64,000 nucleotides of DNA from NCBI RefSeq assembly GCF_009914755.1, contig NC_060931.1. One strand, 5' to 3'. Positions 52,926 to 64,000 of this stretch are shown one piece after another. The stretch comes from the human T2T-CHM13v2.0 reference genome, Homo sapiens. The notes under the pieces were generated by a model. The model was not told the DNA's origin, made no database searches, and saw only the letters and a list, made by a program, of their open reading frames with translations. The position numbers and the translations under genes were made by a program. Every line of letters starts with the position of its first letter. The first letter of the stretch is position 1.

Positions 52926-53329
52926 TTTTTTTTCTTCTTCTTTTGGAGACAACGTTTCGCTCTTGTCATTGCCCCAGGCTGGAGTACAGTGGTGCAGTCA
53001 CAGCTCACTGTAGCCTCGACCTCTTGGGCTCAGGCAGTCCTCCCACCTCAGCCTCCTGAGTAGCTGGGACCAGGCTGGAGTGCAGTGGCGTGATCACGGC
53101 TCACTGTAGTCTCTACCTGTTGGGCTTAAGTGATTCTCTCAGCTCAACCTCCTGAGTAGCTGGGACCACAAGCGTTCACCACCATGCCTGGCTAATTCTG
53201 AAATTTTTTTGTAGATACAGGGTCTCCCTGTGTTGCCCAGGCTAGTCTTCAACTACTGGATTCAAGTGATCCTCCTGCTTCAGCCTCCCAAAGTGCTGGG
53301 ATTACAGGCATGAGCCATTGCACCCAGCC
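52926..53329 (-). mobile_element. AluJ with an internal about 96-bp duplicated right-arm segment
   Basis: caggctggagt...gagtagctgggac occurs twice (52975-53070 and 53071-53166). Confidence 0.85.
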
Positions 53330-53336
53330 TCCTTCA

Positions 53337-53516
53337 TTTTCTTTTCTTTCTTTCTTTTTGTTGTCTTTTAGAGATGGAGTTTTGCTCTGTTACTCAGGCT
53401 GGTGTGCAGTGGTGCCATCATAGCTCACTGCAGCCTCGAATTTCTGGGCCTAGTCCATCCTCCTGCCTTAGCCTCCCAAGTAGCTGTGATTACAGGTGTG
53501 AGCCACTATGCTCAGC
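53337..53516 (-). mobile_element. FRAM / AluJ monomer
   Basis: Single reverse monomer. Confidence 0.75.
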
Positions 53517-55344
53517 TCTGCTACACTCCTTCAGATCTCTAGTTCTTAATAGTTTTTAGTCAGGAGGTCAATATACAAGATTACCTTTTTGCTACAGTTA
53601 CCTATAACTATTTAGACTTTTTTTATTTGAAAAAATTGAGGTGTAAAATACACAGATATTAAGTCTACAGCATATATAACACCATCCACATTGAGACATT
53701 GAACGTTCTCATCTCTCTAGAACATTCTTGTATACTCTTTCCCTGTCAGAAGCTCCCTGCCTCTCACCCCCACCCGTATGTAACCACTATTCAGACTTAC
53801 ATCACCCCATAAATTAGGTTTTCTGTTTCTAAACTTGAGCCCTACTTATTTAATACTGTTAGGTGTAATACTATAGCCTGACCCTCTTCACCAATCCCTG
53901 CTTCTGCACTTGCTACTTTTTACCCTGCAGTACTTTTTCTTTCTTCTGTCTCTCTTAACCACTTTCTAACATATAATTTAATATGTTTGATATTTATTGT
54001 CTCTCTCCTAGAATCTAAGCTGTACAAGGGCAGGGATTTTTGTTCTGCTACAACCACCCAAAACAGTCCCTAATACACAGTAAGTGTTCGATAAATATTA
54101 GTGAAATGAATGAATGAGAGGTCTGGTGAATGGATATAAATTTGTAGGCAATCCAGATGGGAGGATTCAGAAATTGAAGAAAATCTCATGTTGTATTTTT
54201 GTTTTTAGAGAATAAGGGATAAAATTGTCTTTTGGGAGTACAGAGGAGGTGATAGGATTGGGGTTTTGAAGACAGTGAAGGAAGTTTGAAATGTTAGAAG
54301 CATGGGAGATTGAGGATTTGGGCAATGTAGATTTATTGCTTATTGTTGGAGGCTCAGTGTTCTGGCCGTGAGTGTGGTTCATGTAATACCAGCCAATGTG
54401 GTTGAATGACTTACTTCAGCAGAACTTAGCTCAGGTGTAGAAACAGAGAAAGTTGACAGTGTTTTTTGCTGTGTAGTTTCAGTGGACAGCCAGACAGACA
54501 AAGGAGTTAGCCAGATACTGACTGAAGTGATAATACCTTGAGTTTTGGCTAGCCTGAGAAAGAAGCGATAGTCAAGAAAAACAGATTGGGATAGTACAAA
54601 AGGATCGTTTCCAGAGGTATGGTTGAGTTCAAACTATTTCCAAATAGACACAATGAAAAAAATAGAATGGGATATTGATAAAAGGATTAGCAGTTGTCAT
54701 AAAAGTTAAGATACCATAGTTGATTGGTTTTAAGGAATACTTTCTTTTCCATTTTAACATTTCTAAAGTTGAGATGCCAGTTTAATTGGTAACACTTTCT
54801 TTTTACTATTATGTGAAATGATGGTGAGTCTTCCAATTAATGGCAGATTTGATAAAATACAGTATTTGAATGTTAGATTCCAGAAATGTAGCATTTATAG
54901 GTACTGACAAGGTTACCAGGGCACAGCCATTAGAGAATATAACTAAAAAGGAGTCGAGATCAAGTATCTGGTTAGATAAATTATGCCCATGGACTTCAAA
55001 GACCCAGAGTCATGAGCTAGTTGTAAGAGTTTTCAGCAAATGACATGGAGTGACTAGAGGTAGCAGATGGCAGCATAGAAATAGGTAGATAGGAAAATTC
55101 ACCTTCAAGTCATCCCTTCTAGTCTCATGTGTCACTTTCTCAGAGGTCTTCCCATAAATCTCCTCTCCTCAAGTCTAACTATGGTTTTCCTCTGTACTGT
55201 CTCATAATATCTTATACTTTTTCTTGTGTAATTCTTTATTCATTTCTAATTAATCTTTTATTATATGATTATATTATGTTTTTCTTTCACCAGATTGTAA
55301 ACTCATTGACTGTAGGAATTGTTTTTGTGCATTGCCTAGCACAT

Positions 55345-55695
55345 TGTCTTAGCCCATTCAGGCTGTATACAAACTACCATAGACTGGGTGACTTAAAAAC
55401 AACAGTTTATTTCTCATAGTTCTGGAGACCAGGAAGTTCAAGAACAAGGCACCAATAGATTCAGTTTCTGGTTAGGGCCCACTTCCTGGTTCATAGAGAG
55501 CCATCCTCTAGCCATGTCCTTGCATAGTGGAAGGGATGAGAGAGCTCTCAGCTCTCTTTTATAAGGGCACTAATCCCATTCAGTCCTCATGACCTAATCA
55601 TTTCCCAAAGGCCTCACTTCCAAATACCAACACATTGGAGATTAGGTTTCAACATATGAATTTGGGATGGGAGTGGGGTGGGGACACATAGGACA
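55345..55695 (-). mobile_element. MaLR LTR (MSTD/MLT1A-like)
   Basis: 'taccatagactgggtgactta...tttatttctcatagttctggag' and 'ctcatgacctaatcatttcccaaaggcc'. Confidence 0.85.
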
Positions 55696-55879
55696 CACTC
55701 TAGGCACTGAATAAATGAATTGAAATAGAGAACGTAAGCTGTCTGTGACCAGATTAAGGATATAGTACTCTGGAATAAGGTTCTAGAAGCCACAATGGCA
55801 GTACAGAGTACATTTTACTAAATTTGATTCTGTTTCAGTGGTTGGCTTATTTGCTGCTTTTTTTAGCTTTATCTGTTTT

Positions 55880-56012
55880 CTCTGAGCCTCAGTTTCCTCC
55901 TGTTAGATTAAGATACTAATGCCTATTTAACAGGGTTATGGTAACCATTAAGTGAGTTTAGTATGGAAAGCACATCATACAGCACCTACCACATAGTTGG
56001 TGCTCTGTAAGT
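55880..56012 (+). mobile_element. MIR
   Basis: 'tctctgagcctcagtttcctc'. Confidence 0.7.
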
Positions 56013-56069
56013 GATAGGCTGAAATGGCCATCTTCATTTTTTTCCTTCTGAAAAAAACCCTATGTCTTA

Positions 56070-56650
56070 CCTGGACTATTGCAGCTGACACCTGACAGTC
56101 TTGCTTTTGTCCCTCCTCCCTCTCTTTTCTTCTCTACACTTATGTTGAATAATTCTTCTAAAATATTGATCATGTAATCTTCCCTTTTTGTATTTCTATA
56201 ACGTCTGCTCATTGCTTGCATGATCAAGTTCAAACTCCTTGGCTTGGAATTCAAAGCACTTCAGGGTCCAGTACCTTGGTTCTTTCCTAATCCCCTACTG
56301 TCCTGTGCTGCCATTTCTCTCCTGCCTTTCCTGTTATACTCCAGCAACATCATGTCATTTGTTTCCCTTGCATCCCACATGTTCAGCACTCTGCCTTTGC
56401 TCTGGAATTTCTCTCTGATTGAAATGTCCTCCTCCTAGGTCTGATGGAGTCCTATTCATTCTTAAAGTTACCACCTTTCCCAACCTTTATATATTTTCCT
56501 ATAATTGCGTGATTACACTGTGTTATAAATGTAAATTTACATGTCTTTCTTTAAACAAGACTGTGAGTTGCTTGAGGGCAAAAGCTATGTATTTACCTTT
56601 ATCCACAACACCTGTATCCTAGTGGGTGATTAGTAAAAGTTGATTGAACC
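56070..56650 (+). mobile_element. L2 3' portion
   Basis: 'agttcaaactccttggcttggaattcaaagc' and 'agactgtgagttgcttgagggca'. Confidence 0.65.
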
Positions 56651-56749
56651 AAAGGGACTGTGGAGAGTTTACAACCTATTTATTTTACTTAAAACAGTTA
56701 CTCGAAGGAGGAGATAGGTTTGAGTGTAGGTTTAACAGGGAAAAAATCT

Positions 56750-57450
56750 TAGGTGGGAATCCAGTAGAGAGGGGAGAAAATGGTCAGTTATGAAAATTAG
56801 CCGTCAGCCATTTTAGTACTAATGTCAGGCTGAAATATGAACAATATTCATTGGAAATTAACAATAGGACACAATTCTACTCTTGTTTCAGAGGCGGAAG
56901 AGGAGATGCAAGAGATCTGACAGAAAAAACTAAATGAAACCCCAGAGGGCCAGAGAGACTTGACAGAAATGGCAGATAACAAACTTGGTTTGGGCTTGAA
57001 ATGTGATCTAGCAGTCAAAGGAAAGCCAGTGCTATTCTGGGCAGCTAACAAAGAAGAATTGTGCCACGGCATAGGGAGTTGGCAAGAGCCCACCGGGAGT
57101 ATTACATTTAGCACAGTGTCAGCATGATAGAAACAGAAGGTGGTGAGCTCTGAGAGCAACTGTAGTGCTGAGGGGGATAAATACATGAATTTATGAAGAT
57201 CAGTTAACAAATTCAAGCATGCAGGGTTGACTGAATTCCAACTACAAGATCCAGGAGAGACACTCCCAAATATTTGAAGGGTGTTAACATTGGAAGAAGA
57301 GAAGAATTATTTAGCCTGGACTACAGAACTTTGTAAGAAGGTGAAACCAAGGGCAGGGCAAATTTATACCTCTCTAAAAGAAATGCCCTGATGTAGTTTT
57401 TGGGTGATTCGGGTGCCTTCATCCCTCAGGACTTTTTGTAGTATGAAGCT
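56750..57450 (+). mobile_element. CR1/L3 relic
   Basis: 'atgtgatctagcagtcaaaggaaagccagtgctattctggg' and 'caaatatttgaagggtg..ggaagaag'. Confidence 0.5.
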
Positions 57451-58282
57451 GTAAGGCCAAAATGAAGGATTTGAGAGTTCTTTCTCTGGAGAAATGGTTG
57501 AGAAATATTTTGGTCTTGTGAATAAAGAGTTTTTGTCCCAGAGACAGGTTATGAAGGATTGATTTAATATTTATTAGCCATGCACAGTATATTAAGCACT
57601 GTATACAACACAGTACATAGTTCTTGAGGTTCTGAAATAAAATGACTGGCCATTATATGCTTTATGCATTCTCAGTGTGTTTCAGTAGTTTAGAAACTTT
57701 GGCAAATTTCCTAAGACTTTCCCTTTGGAATAGAATGATGGAGGAATTCGGCCAAATGTAAATGTAAAACAACAACAACAACAACAGATGAAATCCTATT
57801 GAAACGAATGTTTCCTTTCACAAGATGGCAAAACATATATCCTTGAGTCGGGAGTTTCCTCAGTGATGGGGATGAAGAAGCCTTGAGCTGATAACACGAT
57901 AACATGTTTGTTCTTCAGGATATTTTAAATGCCAGATAGAGGTGCTATATTGTCTTCATTGCGGGCCAGGTCTCTGTTATTTCTCAGTTCAAGATAGGTC
58001 AAGGGAAAATTCGTTGATTCACTTAGAGACAGTTCTGTTTCCTGAGGCAAAGGTACTTGAATTTTCAAGTGAAATGGCCAAAAAGCCCACAGTATACTTA
58101 GATTTTTTTAAAAAGCTTATATCTCTTCTTTTACATCTGGGCTTCTTGACTTCCATCTGCTTGTCTACAGAAGCCATCATGTGATTTTAAAGATAATGTT
58201 GGGTATGAAGAATGTGGAGTCAGGTTCTATTTAACTAGGCAATTGAGTCTTTCCTCAATTAACTAAATTATCTTATGCTCCC

Positions 58283-58708
58283 TGTGTCAGTGTGGATCCT
58301 CCAAGACAGACTTAGAGGCATAAAATTTATTGAACCACAAACAATCAATTGGGAGGGAGCCAGGAGTAGGCAGGGAGAGCTTTTTGAATATGGTGCAAGT
58401 CTAATACCTGTGAAGGAAGACCGGGAAGAAAAGGCTGGGTAGGAAATCTTGCAGACCACAGCATAGTTGAGAAAATCCCAGCCATGCAGATGTAGAGTCC
58501 CCAGGCAAAAGTTGCTTGTTAGCAGAATCCCGTATGGGGCAGGTGGGCAGGCACTACTACCCCTGCCTTGCTCAGTCACTGGCTGGGAGCAGCTTAGGCA
58601 AAGAGTGCTTTCAGTGTTCATGGGGTTGGTGGCTAGAGGCTGAACTGTGGTCCATACAATAGGTTCTCTTGAAGCAGATCTGAGCAACACATCTTCTTGG
58701 TTACTACA
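58283..58708 (-). mobile_element. LTR16-like (ERVL) LTR
   Basis: 'acctgtgaaggaag' and 'cccctgccttgctcagtcactggctgggagcagc'. Confidence 0.65.
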
Positions 58709-59213
58709 CTTCCCTAGCAAGCTTATTTATTCATTTCATGACAAGGTTCACCAAGTTTTAATGTGTCTTGCCATATAACATTTACAATAGCATAATAAAT
58801 ACTAGGGAAGATAGAAATAAAAGTAGAAACTCAAAGAACTAACTATTACTATTCCTCTAGATAAACAAAAATTTTCTGGGGTATTTTTCAAGGAGGATTC
58901 ACACTGAAAATACTGAGTGATAATGACTTCATTGTCTATAATACTCGTGCAATAAATATATTTAGTTGTTTTATTTTCTAATGGCTCTTTTATGTAGTGT
59001 GTTTTGAGAAAACCCAAGGGTTTAACATTATAACACAACTCATTGATGATAAGTATGTGGAAGCTAAGATTATATGGAAGAGTCAGGTAGCTGACAGTCT
59101 GTATGGTTAGTATGGAGAATAGATCTCTGAATTTTCAGAGAAGGAAATGGACTGAACAGCATTTAAATAATCTTGCATAAATATGACTTCTATCAAACAA
59201 ATTTTGTGTTATT

Positions 59214-59337
59214 CTTTTTTTAAGAGACAGGTCTTGCTATGTTGCCATGGCTGGACTTAAACTTCTGGGCTCAAGTGATCCTTCCGCCTCATGCTCTTGA
59301 GTAGCTGGGACTACAGGCATGTGCCACTGTGCCCAGC
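59214..59337 (-). mobile_element. FLAM
   Basis: Single reverse monomer. Confidence 0.8.
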
Positions 59338-59409
59338 TTATAAAACAAAATTTTGGTAAAAAGCTTGAAACAACAGACTATTCAAAATTATATTCCTTAA
59401 AATAGAAAG

Positions 59410-60560
<1,151 letters not shown>

Positions 60561-61264
60561 AATTACTTATCTGCTGTCTTACCACAATAGATTTGTTTGC
60601 ATTTTCTAGAATCTTAAACATACAATATGAACTCTTATCTGGCTTCCTTCACTCAGCAAAATTATTTTGAGATTCATTCACGTTACAGCACGTATCAATA
60701 GTTCATTCCTTTATAACTGAATGGATATACTGCAATTTGTTATCAGGTTTACTGTTGATGGACATTTGGGTGGTTTTCAATATGAGGCTATTACAAATAA
60801 AGCTGTTGTAAACATCCGTGAACAAGTCTTTGTATATACATATGCTTTCATTTTTTTTTTTAGGTAAATACAAAGGAGTGTAATAGCTGGGTCTTATGGC
60901 AGATTTATGTTTAGCTTTTATTAAAAACTGCAAACTGGTTTTTAAATTGGTTGTATTGTTTTATATTCATGACAATAGTATGTGAGAATTCCCATTTCTC
61001 CACATTTTAGTCGTTCTAATGGGTGTGTAGTGGTTTTTGTGTTTAATTTGCAATTCCATAATGTCTGATGATAAATCCATGTGCTTTTATTTTTATTTAT
61101 CTTTGTAAAAGTGTGGGTGTCTTTTTGCCTAATTTTTAATTGGGTTGTTTGTCTTTTTGTTGTAAGTGTTCTTTATATGTTCTAAATATATAAATACATT
61201 GCCACATAATATATTTTGTAAATATTTTCTACCAGTCTGTTTGGCACAGTGTCTTTTTATCACT

Positions 61265-61555
61265 GTTTGTTTGTTTGTTTGAGATAGAGTCTTCTTCTGT
61301 CACCTAGGCTGCAGTGCAATGGCACGTCTCGGCTACTGCAACCTCTGCCTCCTGGGTTCAAGCGATTCTCCTGTGTCAGCCTCCTAAGTAGCTGGGATTA
61401 CAGGTGCATGTCACCATGCATAGCTAATTTTTGTATTTTTAGTAGAGATGCGGTTTCACCATGTTAGCCAGGTTGGTCTCGAACTCCTGACCTCAAGTGA
61501 TCCACCGCCCATCCCAAAGTCTTGGGATTACAGGCGGGAGCCACCACGTCTGGCC
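61265..61555 (-). mobile_element. AluS
   Basis: Reverse Alu. Confidence 0.92.
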
Positions 61556-62618
61556 TTATCACAGTTTTTAAAAAAATTGAGATATAAATAATATGCCATA
61601 AAATCTTCCTTTTTGAAGTTCAGTGGTTTTTAGTATATTCACAAGGTTGTACAACCATCAGCATCATCTGATTCCAGAACATTTTTGCCATCCTCTAAAT
61701 AAATTCCCCTACCCATTAGTGGTGGTATTTTCCTCCCCCCAGCCCCTGGCAACCACTAACCTACTTTCTGTCTCTCGATTTGCTGATTCTGGACTTTCAT
61801 ATAAATGGAATCATACAATGTATGATCTTTTGTGTCTGGCTTCTTTGACTTAGCACATATCATTACTTCATTCCTTTTTATTGCCAAGTAATGTTACATT
61901 GTATGGATATACATTTTGTTTATCCAGTCATCAGTTGATGCACATTTGTAAAACACAATGTCTGTATCTTAACCTTGAATCCTACAACCAAGCTAGACTC
62001 ATATTAGCTTTAGTACAGTTTTTTTTGTAAATTCCATAGGTTTTCTACATACATAATTGTTTCACCTGTAAAGACAATTTTACTTTTTTCTTTCCAATTT
62101 GATTCCTTTTATTTCCTTTTTTTATTGCACTGATTAGAACTTGCCATACAGTGTTAAATAAAAATACACAGAAGATTCTTGTTCTCAATGTTAAGAAGAA
62201 AGCATTCAGTTTTTCATCCTTACGTATAATGTTAACTGTAATTTGTTGTAGATGTTCTGTATCAAGTAAAAGCGTTCTGTTCTAGTCTTAGTTTTCCAAC
62301 AATTTTTATCAGGAATGGATGGTGGATTTTGGAAATACTTTTTCTGCACCTATTGAGATGACTGTATGGTTTTTCTTTTTTAGTTTGTTGATATAGTAAG
62401 TTATATTGATTGATTTTCATATGCCAGACCAATCTTGCATTATGAGATAAACCCCACTTGGTTGTGATATTATTCTTTTCATATATTGCTGGAATAGATT
62501 GTCTAAAAATTTGTTAAGAACTTTTACATCTGTGTTAGTGAGAAACATTAGTCTGTGGTTTTCTTCTCTTACTATGTCTTTCTATGGTTTTGGTATATGG
62601 GTAATGCAAGCCTTGTAG

Positions 62619-62999
<381 letters not shown>

Positions 63000-63053
63000 T
63001 AGTTCTTCTTTAAATATTTGGAATTCACCAAGTAAGCCTTCTGGGCCAGGTTT

Positions 63054-63078
63054 TGTGTGTGTGTGTGTGTGTGTGTGT
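63054..63078. repeat. (TG)n microsatellite, about 12 units
   Basis: Directly visible. Confidence 0.95.
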
Positions 63079-63090
63079 ATAGGAAGGTAA

Positions 63091-63382
<292 letters not shown>

Positions 63383-63513
63383 AGGTAAGGTTTTATAAAC
63401 CACAAATTTAATATCTTTAATAAATATTTCTATATATTCTATATTTATAGAGCTATTTAGATTTACTCTTGAATGACCTTTGTGCCTTTCAAAGTATTTG
63501 TTGAATGTCTTAG

Positions 63514-63843
<330 letters not shown>

Positions 63844-64000
63844 TATTTTCTTATTTTTATTTTAAAATTGTAGAATTCTAGTGAGGGTTACCTCTGTCAT
63901 TCTTGATATTATTCCTTTGGATCTTCTCTCTTTTTCTCCTGATCGGTCTGACTAAATGTTTATGTAGTTCATTGATCTTCTCAAAGAACACCCTTTGGTT

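Noticed and set aside
56860-57220. Acceptor-like 'tcttgtttcag' followed by purine-rich exon-like sequence, and a 122-aa minus-strand ORF
   Set aside because: No sustained + strand frame is evident, and the region is better explained as a CR1/L3 relic.
58268-58720. 150-aa ORF
   Set aside because: It coincides with an LTR16-like element and has no recognisable protein features.

Overview
Primate (very likely human/hominoid) genomic DNA that is AT-rich and dense in repeats, with no recognisable protein-coding exon, processed pseudogene, structural RNA gene or CpG-island promoter. It looks like the interior of a large intron. Most long L1 copies and about 32 of about 51 Alu elements lie on the minus strand, which would fit a host gene transcribed on +; this is inference, and I cannot name the gene. 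Main contents: about 51 Alu/FLAM elements; a near full-length L1MA-type element (about 40.9-49.6 kb, minus); a second long, older L1M (about 18.0-24.4 kb, minus); an LTR-int-LTR MLT1 (MaLR) provirus (12.8-16.0 kb) nested in an old L1; a MER41B-like solo LTR; MER4-group, LTR16, MST and MLT1 LTRs; Charlie1 and MER58 DNA transposons; and L2, CR1/L3 and MIR relics. Every supplied ORF I could assign is Alu/L1-derived, and the rest look like chance ORFs. I see no supportable new biological system. The most unusual structures are DNA-repair or retrotransposition footprints: an AluS/AluJ chimera carrying about 90 bp of foreign DNA inside one TSD, fold-back palindromes, a microsatellite expanded in one copy of a tandem duplication, a monomerised AluS and target-site reuse. 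Repeat subfamily names come from recalled consensus motifs, not from RepeatMasker, and boundaries of old elements are approximate.
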